From positions 12,472,698 to 12,536,697 of the forward strand of contig OZ037765.1 in NCBI GenBank assembly GCA_964035545.1: DNA of 64,000 nt, read 5' to 3'. Shown in pieces: positions 49,101 through 61,436 of the stretch (the stretch's first letter is position 1; each line of letters starts with the position of its first letter). This stretch comes from Bugula neritina (taxonomy: Eukaryota; Animalia; Bryozoa). Below the pieces are notes generated by a model that searched no databases, had not been told where the DNA came from, and saw nothing but the letters and a program-made list of their open reading frames with translations. The position numbers and the translations under genes are program-made.

Positions 49101-52100
49101 TGATTAGTTTTGTATATCTTTTTTACTGACCTTCATGTTCGTAACAATTTTTAGTAAGCAGCGTTTCTTTATTTTTTACTCTAGTGGTAGTCTCACTCCT
49201 GTTAATGGTGACTGAGAGCTTAATAGCTAGTGCCATTATATCTAACTCACGTTTCAACAAACTTTGGCCGTTTAGTCTTATAGTGGCTGCTTCAACATGA
49301 GCAAGGCAGTACTCTTTGCAGATACAGTTTGACATAGACCTTACATCTGTTGCTTCACTCTGCTGGGCACTACCAGCCTTACTACTTTTCATCTCATCAT
49401 GATCATCTGTAGCTGATTTTTTTTCATTGTCATTGTGATGGCCAGAGAGATTATTATTATACTGCCTCAGTTGTTGCATATTTAAACCCAACTCTTTTGC
49501 ACCACTGTTATCACCAAGTTCATCATTACTGTTATCATCATCACTTTCCACTACTTGTCCTTGATTTTCAAAGTAAACGTACTTTTCTAAATTGTCAAAA
49601 TCTGCAGTGTCTATTAACTTGTTGCTTGCTCTGGTCGCCGTGTTTACATTAGTGACAATCCTGAATTAAATTATCCTAAATTACGTTGAGGATAAAATGA
49701 CCCCGTTATTTCAACTATTGTTAGAACATTCTCTTCGATGCTCTAATCACGTAACCTGCTTGGCAACCAGAGATTGGCTCATAAAAACACCAATCATTCT
49801 AAAACCATAGCAGATATCACAAAACTGATTTGACAGCTGGAAAGAGCACATGTGAATTGACTATTACAACACTAAAAGACACACACATATAAACATCTTT
49901 AATGGAAACAGTCGCTTGGTACACCATGTTCAACAAATTTGTTCCTCTAGTCTGTTGGCATTAACAGTTTACTTTGAATCAATTTTTGGCTTCTCCGCCT
50001 TTGGAGATTGTGTTTTGCATGTAATATTTTTCAAGCATTTGCAGTACCAATAATATTTCGCCTAAAAGCTGTGGGGTGCAACTTGTTGCGCTTGCTGCAT
50101 TGGGCTCGATTTTCACTCTGACCTTGTTGCCTTGTCTTCAAACATCCATATCACAGCCTATTCTCTCTCAGAAGGGTATTCTTTTCGTCACTTGCATTTG
50201 CAAGTGTGCTGTATTCCGTTACAGCAAGGTGACCCTTTTTGTAGTAGAGGCAGCGGTTCTTTGGGTTGCTCATACTAGTATATTATAAATCAGCAGTTTT
50301 TTTCTGTTGTCAGTTTTGAAGGATGTCTCGCCTTTTCTAGATCTCTCAAGTTCTTTGTCAACACTCCAGCTTTGTGTGCTACAAAATCCACATACTTAGC
50401 AAAAGTGTAAATGTAGCCCTGTTATTGATCCATGCCATAATATGTCAACCTGTTATTTAGCTACCCTGGCAACGTTTTTTTGAACTATTTAGTCTTTTTT
50501 CTCTTGTATTTTAGGATTGATAGTGTAAAACTTGCCTTTTAGGCTACTAGTCATTGGTTCAAAAAGTAAGAATATTATTTGAGGGTAGCGTAGTCTTTAT
50601 TAAGGATTTTGGGCCAGTTCTCTAGCTTGTCCCTACACCTTTTTTCAATCGCATCTTCTCCACTAAACTTTTCCTGAAGAGTAATTTAATGCCTCTTCAT
50701 GAGTATTGGAGATCTGTAGCTTAAAGTAACCACTCATAACTCACCTCGCAGTTTCACGAACATATTTTTTTAAACTAAATAGTTATATTTATTTGCTGAT
50801 CCTCTCTTATAAAGAATTGGGCTGTCAAAAAATACTCGCAATCCGCGTATTTGGTTTTCTGGCTTAGAAATAGTACACTGGTGCAAATCTCTTTGCTTTA
50901 TTCTTTCCCGAACTTTTTTAAATTATTCAAGGTTGTGGCTTGGTAAATAATTCAGTTTTGTTAACAGAACTGTGAAAGTATCTCAAATTGCTTAAGGATT
51001 TTGTGCTACAAAATCAACCTAGTGCAATATAGAAGTTTGATTTGAGCTTATAAGTTTTTATGAATATCTTTCATGATTCCCATAAATGTGGTTTTTTGAT
51101 TGATTATACTAAAATTGTAAATATCGAAAAGCTTCCTGCATTTTAAATGTTGCTCAATGGATTTCTATCATTTTTTAATTGAATTAGCAATATCAGCGTT
51201 ATTAGTTAAACCATTTTTTTTCTTTTTTGTTAGTAATTCTGAGATAAAGTTAATGTTCCCCCAAGTTAAACACATACATTTTCATTGCAAATATTGTAAT
51301 AGATTTGCAAGGAAGAATTAGTTATAAACTGTTTGTTCCATTGATTGCATAAGAATTATTAATTAAAAGCATGCATGGTTTTAATATGTCCTAAAAGATT
51401 GAATCTTTAACTAAATATACTATTACAGCTATGGGATGCAAAAGTTTGCACATTATGCCATACAATGGCTAAAAATTATTGATCTTCCAAACATCATGCT
51501 CATTGTCTTCGAGTTGCTGTCATGACTTTTTTTCTCAATTTTTTGGCAAACGCACCCACAAACTTCATCTCCTCAATCTGTATGCCACTGCTAAGCTCCA
51601 TGCATACAGACATATCCATTTGCTCATCTTTCATTAAAATAGGTTGTTTAAAGGTTGTTTTTTGTCCCAGCTGTAGAACTTGAACCAACCTATCATAATT
51701 TAATCAAATTTTATGTTGACTGAAATAAAAAAAAGTCAAACAATAAAATATTTATGGTACTCGCATTGCATCACAGCAAAAGGTATTTCCTCTGACGTCA
51801 ATATATGTATAAGAAGATTTGTTCCACTCCTCATCACATATCTTGTAGCAGCTAATGCATGCTCAGCACACTGAAGACAATTGAGCAGGCTACTTGACTC
51901 AGCCAGTTTATGTTGTAAACAATTGCATGTCCTTCGATGCGCTAGTCAGCCATTTTTCTTTAGGCTCAAGACTAAAATAGTGAATTAAATTTTTATAGAA
52001 TATCATTTAAAAAATTGTGTCCAAAAATGGACAATAATAAAGAAATAAAATTTTTTCCACACCTTTAACCGATTTAGATTTCTTTCACACCATCTTACAA

Positions 52101-55100
52101 AAAAAGTTCAATAACAATATTTTGTTGTATTTCAAATATATAATAAATAATTACAGCACATCGACATCATTGTCATTAGTGAAAAAACAACAATACCCAT
52201 GCTTTTTAAAAAGCCCTTGACCTTCTACCTCTGTAATCTACAAAGTTATAAAATGGTCTTTACCCGTTGCTATAAAGTAATTCTCAGACAAAATATTCAC
52301 TGTTGAAATCAAAGTCTTTTAAAAAGTAATGCACTTACTCTAGTCTCTCCTTCCATCATGTTCTCCTCTAGCCATGAAACAGAATTGGCAATGCCCAATT
52401 TGGCATCCTGAAAATATTATTTACTCATAAGTAGCTTTTGGTGATTGTTGATGATCGATTTTGATGTTTACTCATCCTGTGATACCAATAAAATAATTTA
52501 TTATGAATAATAAACAATGTTATAAGGCTTTATGGTTAACGTAATTCGACAAACTCGTGTCCAAAGCTGGCTAATTTTTGTGGAGGCCTTGTCACTGGGT
52601 TTCCGCAAAGGATGAATATTTCTCTGTTTATTATAACAGAAAACAACAAGCAGTACAATAATTTGTGCCTTTGATGATATTTGAAGATTGTTTTGCCTGA
52701 ATTTAAGTTGCCAGTGGACTGCTGCTTTAAATTCAAATATTTGAGTTGAATATAGAAAATAATAAAGTTTAGCCTACCACTCCTTGTTTAATAATGTTGT
52801 TTTATTAATAATAATGTGTTTTATCACTACAAACTGCTTGATGATGTTGCAATATTATTGCAGTTGCTATATATTTGCATATGAAACATTCAGTACCCCA
52901 ATCTATAATTGAAATTTGCTTGGTTGAGATAACAGTGTTTTGTCCAATATATAACCCACAACAAGCATTATATATTGATAGTGTTTATTATTTTATTAAT
53001 TTGATTCGCTTGAACTGCAATGCTGCTCTGTACGGTGTTTTGCCCTAGATATAAACCACAATATTTTGATATCAATGTAGAGTTAATTGATTTATCAATT
53101 TGATTCATGTGCTTTGTAACATTGCTATCTGATGTCCTGTTAGCTTTTTTTCAACAGCTACCCTAAACATGGCTTTGGCAATAATATCATTGGCCTCTCA
53201 AGGGAAGTTTTCTAAAATGATTTCTTTTATCAGGGAATTATATTACTAGTAATACGGGGCGACTAAGCATTTGATTTTCGTTTTGTTGGTCTTTTTTATG
53301 ACAAGTTTGCATTCAAGTTTGGATATTTGATCATTTTTGACAAAAAAGATATTTGTCAGTATCCTATGCATATGCAGTAAAATGACAGCTTGTAGCTTAG
53401 TTTGTGAAATATTTTTTTGCAACCTGGGACTGTCCTGAAACTATCCTCAGTGTTTCTGGGAGATGTACAGTTATGCAATAAAATGGCATGCCAAGCATTG
53501 CCCCCTTACTGCAAGCCTTTGGCTCTTCGAATAGTTCAATGCATTTCATCGCAAATATAAAGCTATGATTATATGCTCTTTGAATATCATCAGTGTTTAT
53601 AAAGATCTACTGTCTGTCTTTATAGCTTGATTGGCTAAAGAAGCATTGTTTAAATTGTCCGGTCATCAGGGTTGAATTCAAATGGTTTTAGCAAAACAGC
53701 TACTTTTGCCAAGTTCATCCAACTTTCCATGCCCTTCATTTCTTGGTTTTGTGCTGTGATAGAGAGTATTCCTTTAACCCTTTCATAAATTAATTATTAA
53801 CCGCCACCCGATCAGGATATGGCGGAGAAAGCTGAGAAATGCATGAAATATTATGTAATCGAAAATTTGTTTTTTTTCTTCTTGAAATTGCATAATTAGT
53901 GTGTATAAACATGTAATCAGCAGTTTTTTTAATACTGTCCTTTTACATACTAAAAAAACTTTGAATGTCCACACATGTACATGTTGTGCATTTATTGAGG
54001 TACTCCTATTGTCCACATATATGTATACGAGTTTATCATTTTGCTGCGAATAAATCAATAGAAGATATTTGAACCATTTATTTACATATATTTTTGTACT
54101 CTAACAATATTAGAGCATTATGATGTTTTGAAAACAAAACTTCTAGAGTGTATAAAGTAATATAGAAGCAATTCTTGTTGAATAAACATAGAGTAGATAT
54201 TTTGTGATTTGAGTTAATGAAGTCATTTAGCTATGACTATTTCATGTATGATACTCTTCAAAGCATTCTGGACAGAGATATTGCTTGCATGTAAAGCACA
54301 TATTTCTTGTTTTTCTGTTACAGCTTTGATTTTTGCATCTTGATGCATTCTTTTGAATTAGTTTGGTTGGCCAGTGGCCAAGTGAAAAATTCAACAAGGT
54401 GCTTCTTTTTGTTCTTGGCAGTTTGGTAGAAGGTTGATCAGGTATTGAAACAGGTTGTTCTCTACCTTTCCTAGAAATCATTGGTTTGCCTACTTGCATT
54501 CAGCTAGCTGCAACTCTGTTTCTAAATCCAAGCAAATCTATTTTTGTAGATGGATTCAGCTATTTACAAATTATTCAACTGTTTGTTATGCCAATTTTCA
54601 AAAAGTGAAAAATATTCGAAGGTACCATCTCTTATGTTTTAAAGTATGCCTGCAACATGAGACGAGGAAATCTGTTAAGCCAACACCCCCATGTTTTTAT
54701 TATGAATTATGAACTTTGACTTCTGTATTTCTTGCCTGGCCTGTGTTTTTTTGGAATTTCACTAAACTTTTTTCTCAAATTGAAAGATTTGTTGAACGGT
54801 GATCAATTCGTTGTTTCACTAGAAAGTAAGCTACTTTCAGCTGCTTCTAAAGTACATGTATAATTGCTTAAAGTTTTTATCTGTTTATCCCACTCTGAAT
54901 AAAACTATTTAGTAGAATGTGGAGCTAAGTCATTGTTAATAATTTGGCATGAAACACTAATTAGTAGCTATAATAATTTGTCTATGGCCTTTTCTTGAGA
55001 CATCTTGTGACAGTAACAGATTTCCTCTTGAAACTGCTTCTGGGCTGGAATAGTTTGCATGTATGTCGTTTGAATAATAAATTGTTCTTCCAGTTTAATT

Positions 55101-58100
55101 ACATATGCTTTTATGCTGCAAGATGACTCGGTGAAATTGTCTGCTATGCCAAATTGAATATATTGGCATAATATTATTCAAAACTGGTATCTGAATAATT
55201 CCAGGTCTTCACCATTGAGCTTGGAGGCGTCAAGAGAGTGGTTATATGTGGTTATGAGATCGTTCATAAAATTCTCTGTAAAAGTGCAAATATTTCAAGC
55301 AACAGAAAAGCTGATTCTATGCCAAAACATCATTCTGAAATTGCAGAAGCGACACCAGGTAAGGGATAATAGTTGAACTAAAACAGTTTTAAAATTACAG
55401 TGCAGCATTATAACTGGAAGCGGAAACTAGAAAATCATCTATATAACCTACAAATATTTGCTTGTCTGTAGATGCGTCGCTGAGATGAAGTATTAATTTA
55501 TTTTTAATAGTTGCCTTGTATTCATTTTCACTCTGTTCTGCACTACTCATTCTTGTATTGCATTTTTCTAACCGCAATTTAAGGCATTTTTTAGTTTAAA
55601 AAATTCATTGAATTGTAGCATAAATACCTTCACATATGAGCTTGTGATAACAGTTTTTAAGATGGAAATATCTATAAATATTTTTTTTTCTGTGCCCTTA
55701 GTTTACAGAGAACTAATATTGCTTGAATGTACTTAGTAATTGTCCAAAATAATAATACAAGCTAAATTCTAATCAAATAATCAAACCAACATAATTTAGA
55801 TATTGAGTTTCATTTCATTCATACATTATCGGGAATGATAATAATTAGGTTTTACAATTCACTGTTTGCTAGACTGCTGATTCCTGACTTTAACACAACA
55901 ATATATTTCAGCTACATGTACATTATGTTATAAGGATCTGTTTCCAATTGTTGAAGCAGTAGGGGCTAAAATATATATTATATGCATTTCAATACTTCAT
56001 AAATTTAGAGTGTTGATCGTTCTTTATGATTTAATTGGAATGGAACTGTTTCCAAACAATGAAAATCTTTTCATCTATATTAGGTAAGTAACTACAGCAA
56101 TTGTTATGTGTTATAGGGATATTTTGGGCAAAATATCCACATTGGAAAACATTGAGATCGTTTGCTCTAAGCACACTGCGAGAAGAAGGAATGGGTAAAT
56201 CTAATCTGGAGCCACGAATAATGCATGAAATACACGCATACATTGACCACTTTATCACACCTCATGTAGGCCAACCAATAAACTTGTCTGACAGCATCAT
56301 GCTGGCTACAGCTAATGTGATGAGTTCCATGATACACGGTCACAGAAAGGACTACACAGATGCCTTTTTTAAACTCTGGATGAAGCAGTTTAGAGTTTCA
56401 TTAGAGGCAACTACAAAGGCAGCCATAGCACGGAATATTCCATTTGCGGCATACTTTCCTGGTGATTTTACTGGTGAGTGTGAAGGGTTCGATGGTTTCA
56501 AACAGGGCCGTCCAACAGCAGGCCCTAGGGCTGGATGCGGTCCTCACACTACATTTATGTGGCCCTCAAAGGCATAACAAATCAAATTATTTTTTACACA
56601 TACGAATTACAGTGGAAAACCACCTTTTGAATGTCTTTTTTTATATATGCTAAAAACAAGCAGCCTGCAGTAACTATTGGGACTTCATTTTGTAATGAGT
56701 CAAAGATATTTAAAATAAAATCACTTGAAAAAACTGATGCTATGGCTCCCAGCTGAAGTTAAAGTTTACAATGTGGCCCTTGCCATGAAATATTCTATTT
56801 CTGTGGCCCTCGCTTTGAAAAGGTTTGACATTCCTGGTTTAAGATGGTTTGAAGATCAGAATTGTGTTTATTATGGGAATTTTTTTGTTTTTAATGTTTA
56901 CAATTTCTTTTCGAATAAATTTTTTCTTGAAATAATTAAATATAGTTTTAGTTCGCCTTGGCAACAGTTGGGCTCCGTAATTTAAGTAAAAATAATTGTT
57001 TATTATTTGCATACATACCTACAATAATGACGATTGAAGCGGTCTCTATTTAGGAGTAAAGGCCGATATAAAAGCTGGAGAAGTGACTATCCCAGAGGCC
57101 ATGAGGCAGGTTGAAGCTCACAAGGCTAATTTGGATCCAAAAAACCTGGTGACTTACATTGATAAGTTTCTATACCACGCTCAGGAGAAGAAAGATCATG
57201 AAAACTTGTTCACAGGTTGTGGGTCCCAAAATTCTATCCAAGTGTTTTTACTTCTTAAACTGAGATACTTTCATGATTGCTGTGACAATACCAATACACT
57301 TTCATTATTATTGTGAAAAACTTAGTCTCCCATACTGTTGAATGACCCTAAACTATTTTTCAAACTATATAACTATCATTAAATGTTTCGCTATTTTAAT
57401 AAAACATTAAGATTATTTTATTAATGAAACCTGACTTTGAAAACACTGACTGAACATTATACGTATGATGATGGGTTAGGTTGAGAGACTGGTTAATCAT
57501 ATCCAACAAGGTATTTGATGTCAGTAAAGAATATTTGAACGTAATTCCTCCTGTTCCTAAACATGTGCAAACTATACTGTCTACAACGGCCACAATGCTC
57601 ATATTCATTTACATTTTCACATAAACTGTAATTATCAACTGGTCTGAAGCAATATCATGGAATTTGGAAAGTAGTTTAGAATTCTGTTTTGCATACATAT
57701 TATATCATAATGTTGCAGATGGGAATGCTGGAATGTCAATGCTGCAACTGTATGCTGCCGGTACAGAGACCACATCAACAGCACTAACATGGGCCATGCT
57801 TTATATGTGTGCACACCCAGATGTACAGGTCAAAGTTCAAGAAGAAATAGACAGTGTCTTAGGTTAGCCAGTTAAGTTGTCCTCTAAATCAAATTGGTAA
57901 ACCTTTGATAGCCAGCAATAAATATAAATTAAGATCCTGCATGCTGACAAAGATTTTCACTCTCATTTTGCTTGAAGGAACTAATGAAGTGAGATATCAA
58001 GACCGATTCACCCTCCCTTACACAGAGGCTGTAATTCTAGAAACTCTAAGGTTGGGAAATATTGTACCTATGGCATTGCCACACACATTGGAGGGAGAGT

Positions 58101-60090
58101 ATACTATTGATGGTGAGGTAAGGTTTGTTAGATATTCTACTCAGTTCTCTGCAACCAGAAGGTATATAGTTTATTTTGAATATTGTTATTATTCCATCAC
58201 TTATTAATTGTGCTTAAAACCTTCCAATGTACTTATGGGATGACCACTTGTTCTTATGATAGTTACTCATAAATCGCTACAAATTTCATACTTATGACAT
58301 CACTATTGTGACTCACTAGTTTTCCTTATGCTACTACTTGTTCTCACGCTTGGTTCTTGAATTGAAAGTCATCACCATTTTGAGGCCCATTGCCGTTTTG
58401 TTATATATATATATATATATGTGTATGTATATATGTGTATGTATATATGTGTGTGTGCGTGTGTGTGTGTGGATATACTATAGTTTTATAGGTTAAAATT
58501 AACTAAAATTTTTATTTTAAAATCAATCACTTACTAATTTGTTTCATAGCATAAAAACTTCTGCAACTTGTCAGGGTGATTTATATATCACCCTGACGAG
58601 TGGCCAAGTTTTCATGCTACGAAACAAATTTGTAAGTGATGATTGATTTTAAAATAAAGATCTTAGTCAATTTTAACCTATAAAACTATAGTATCTAGCT
58701 CAATTTTCTCAAAAAATTTATATATATATATATCCGAGCTATTATCTACCAACTGTTTGAAGAGTGTATGCATAGACAATTTTGTTTTATAAAAAATTAT
58801 ATGCAAAGAAATCTTACTAACATACTAATGTAATGCCCTCTTTATTATAAAAATCATTCGTGAAACGGTACTCTATGTATCCGGTGCTTGTGTTGAAACT
58901 TAAAAGCAGTTCAAAAAAATACATTTGATTGTAATTTTGCAGACATTACCTGCTGGTTGTGAACTAATGATAAATATGGCCTCCATACTGTGGGATGAGA
59001 AGGTCTTTGAAGAACCCAACAAGTTTAAACCTGAGAGATACTTGAATGGAGATGTGACTTTGAAGAAAACCAGAACACTTGCTTTTGGAACTGGTAAATA
59101 TTTTTAGTGTGCAAATACTTATTATGATTATAATTCACCTCCAGGTCTTGACGTTAAATTGCTATTAGACATTACTCATAAATTGCTATGGATCACAGTA
59201 GAAATATAACTACTCATTTATTTATAACACATTTATATATTAGTTATTACATTTTTACGTCGACATGGCTCACAAACTAAAACTGAAGCTTTAATTTATA
59301 CATGTATATATTTTATTGTATATTCCTGAAAAGTGACCTTGTGGTTATATTCCTTATGTCTATGATCGGCTTTAGATACGTGTTTTAAGTTGTTTTAAAT
59401 TAATTAAGAATAAATTGTAAATAAGAGATCGCACTAAACAGAACAAAAACAAACTACCTTTGCTGTTGCTTACATAAATTCACAGCACAAGGTGAAATTT
59501 ACCAGTGGCGGTGTAATCACTTAGCTCTTGATCCACATTTTGTTTTATAGTGCTATATTATAGTCTGAAGACATATACAGAGCTACTTGCATACAAAACA
59601 TAAATGGTGATATTTATTCTACATTAACTAACTTGTTTATATTTATTTGAATCATCTTCCTAAACTATTCTTGGTTGAAGCTGCTGTGCCATAAATAATT
59701 ACATATCTGGTGGCTGGTGTAGACAGATGTGCATTTCCTATTCACCTAAAAGCATATTATATGAACCTTTTGGTACTCAACAAACCTATCTAGTCCATTT
59801 CTTTTCAACTCAAAATAAAATAATTGAGCCAAGTGTTATCTTTATATTTAATCTAATGCTGAATAAGTTACTCTTCCATCAGCACTTATAGGATAACTTT
59901 TCTGTACTCTACAGGAAGAAGAGCCTGTCTGGGTGAAGGTTTAGCAAGAATGGAACTCAGTCTATTCTTTACTACATTCATGCAGAGGTTTAAAGTCAGT
60001 TTACCAACTGGCCACGTACCAAATCTAGATGGTGTCTGTTCTATTGTTAATGCACCAGCAAAGTTCACAGTTATTTTTACAGAAAGATGA
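43126..60090 (+). CDS. Cytochrome P450, clan 2 / CYP2-like, copy 2 (complete, 503 aa)
   Basis: Exons 43126-43353, 55205-55358, 56117-56473, 57054-57215, 57719-57862, 57978-58117, 58943-59093 and 59915-60090 total 1512 nt in frame. N-terminal membrane anchor, [13 protein letters not shown] hinge, [30 protein letters not shown]. An acceptor-like site at 43091 suggests a 5'-UTR exon further upstream. Confidence 0.95.
43502..43740. mobile_element. Old MITE
   Basis: TAACTTGGCGCCACAAGTAGAAAAGTGT versus inverted ACACCTTTTTCTACCTATGGTGCAAATTA. Confidence 0.5.
43960..46676 (-). mobile_element. Degenerate piggyBac (PGBD-type) transposon
   Basis: [26 protein letters not shown] and a C-terminal Cys-rich domain (ORFs 44221-45857); right end GGTTCAGAAGAG-TTAA; the left end is degenerate. 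Confidence 0.85.
46900..49750 (-). mobile_element. Degenerate intron-containing Sola-type transposase
   Basis: [43 protein letters not shown] and [12 protein letters not shown] blocks, separated by short GT-AG-like gaps; boundaries approximate. Confidence 0.7.
49900..50800 (-). mobile_element. BEL/Pao gag remnant
   Basis: Broken frames give [26 protein letters not shown] and a decayed triple knuckle (LRENRL*YGCLK...KLHPT). Confidence 0.65.
52151..52790 (-). pseudogene. Third, 5'-truncated pseudogene copy of the small FFAT-motif gene, antisense in CYP intron 1
   Basis: Reverse complement matches the end of exon 2 and exons 3-5 with their introns ([31 protein letters not shown]). Exon 3 splice sites are mutated, and there are indels and a TAG. 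Confidence 0.85.
53778..54840 (-). mobile_element. piggyBac 3' remnant
   Basis: TTAA-CCCTTTCA terminus at 53774-53785; KNMGGVGLTD...RWY; CKNQSC...[17 protein letters not shown]. Confidence 0.8.
56503..56836. mobile_element. Old hAT (Charlie-like) MITE in CYP copy 2 intron 3
   Basis: CAGGGCCGTCCAAC ... GTTTGACATTCCTG; GTGGCCC subterminal motifs; degenerate TSD GTTTCAAA / GTTTAAGA. Confidence 0.7.
58402..58471. repeat. Compound (TA)n/(TG)n microsatellite
   Basis: Direct reading. Confidence 0.9.
58475..58694. repeat. ~220-bp palindrome made of two divergent hammerhead-bearing (Penelope pLTR-like) arms
   Basis: Arms 58475-58580 and 58587-58694 are inverted copies around a short AT-only spacer; absent from copy 1 intron 6. 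Confidence 0.85.
58587..58640 (+). ncRNA. Minimal type I hammerhead ribozyme motif with intact core
   Basis: AUCACC-CUGACGA-GUGGC(caaguuuucau)GCUAC-GAAA-CAAAUUUG-UA^AGUGAU; palindromic stem III; C.A mismatch at the first stem I pair. Confidence 0.7.
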
Positions 60091-60130
60091 AATTATACAC
60101 AGTGTATTATGCTGCAATGCTTAAGACTTG

Positions 60131-60587
60131 AGTTGTGTTTATACCTCGACTGGAAAAAGTTCCAAGTTTCAGTTAATAACACTTGTCCGAGTACCCCTTT
60201 ATAGTCAAACTGAAACTCCGTGAAATCATATTAATGCGGAAGCTTACTTTCTAAAAGTGAAATCTGACTCGCCTAATCGCCATTCGATGCCCTTTGAAAA
60301 CGTCGTGAATTAGTAAAGTGAACAGCATAAGAGCGATAATAAAGAAGACGTAGGCGATATGATTATTAACATATAAGTACGTCATCTAATCGACAAAGTC
60401 TTAACTAAATAACGGTATTTACAAGGAGTTATTACTCTTTTTATCTATTATTCTGAACTCGCCCGATTAAGTTATTACAGTACAAATATTTTTACGAGTG
60501 GCTTTTACAATGCAATGCAACTTAGAAAAATTTCAACTCGGCCAAATTGAATTTCTGACTGAAAATCGTGAAGGTATAAACGCAACT
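60131..60587. mobile_element. PIF/Harbinger-like MITE in the 3' UTR of CYP copy 2
   Basis: TIR AGTTGTGTTTATACCT / AGGTATAAACGCAACT; 3-bp TTG/TTA target duplication; empty site GAC-TTA-CCAG in copy 1 (~12543-12552). Confidence 0.85.
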
Positions 60588-61436
60588 TTACCAGTAGGAG
60601 TTTCTACATTAATTGATACCATCTCATTTTTATTAAGTATTTTTCTTTAAACCATAATTTATTGTATATATATAATCTTATTTTTTGTGTTGGTAATTAT
60701 TCATATTCTATTCTATGGTAAAATATTTCAAATAACAGATGAATTGCTGTAGTAAAAAAATATTTTAGTAGTAAAAAAATTTTTTTTTCTGAAATCGAAA
60801 TAAAGCAAAACTCCATATAATCTATTTGACACTTTGACTTTTATACGTATGAAAATAGTCTAGGCGAAGTGTAAAAATTTACGTTTTCCAAAAAAATTTC
60901 TAAAGACAATATTTAATGTGTAATACTTTTAGGCTTTATATAAATTATAATACATTGTAGAAACTAAAAAATAGTACATGGCAATATATTTGGGAAATGC
61001 ATTTACAATATATAAAATAAAGAGTTATGCATTTTTTTAAAGTAACTTATACATATATGTATAGAAAACTCAGTTCTTAAAACGCATACATTTAAACAAA
61101 ATAAGATGCAATCAGTCCTTTCAGTTCCTTAAATTGACTACAACTTATGATTGGTATTTTGACAACCACACACTTGTGCTAATAAAATAATGTGGACAAC
61201 AATTTCATTCATTTTTAAGTAATTCACTACAATATTATAGTAATATTTTGATCACAAATACACATAATAACATATTAGCATCATACATTATATTGCATGT
61301 ATTGCATTGTCTTGAATGCAGTTACGAATGTAGTAATGTCAACTTTGTTGGGCACAACGTCACTACTTTGCTTGTTAACTTTGTTGTTACTTGTGAATTT
61401 TACGAATCCTATCTGATCTCTATTATATCTGTCATA

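Noticed and set aside
51450-51960. Possible transposase fragment
   Set aside because: Coding-like but too decayed to assign; no termini found.
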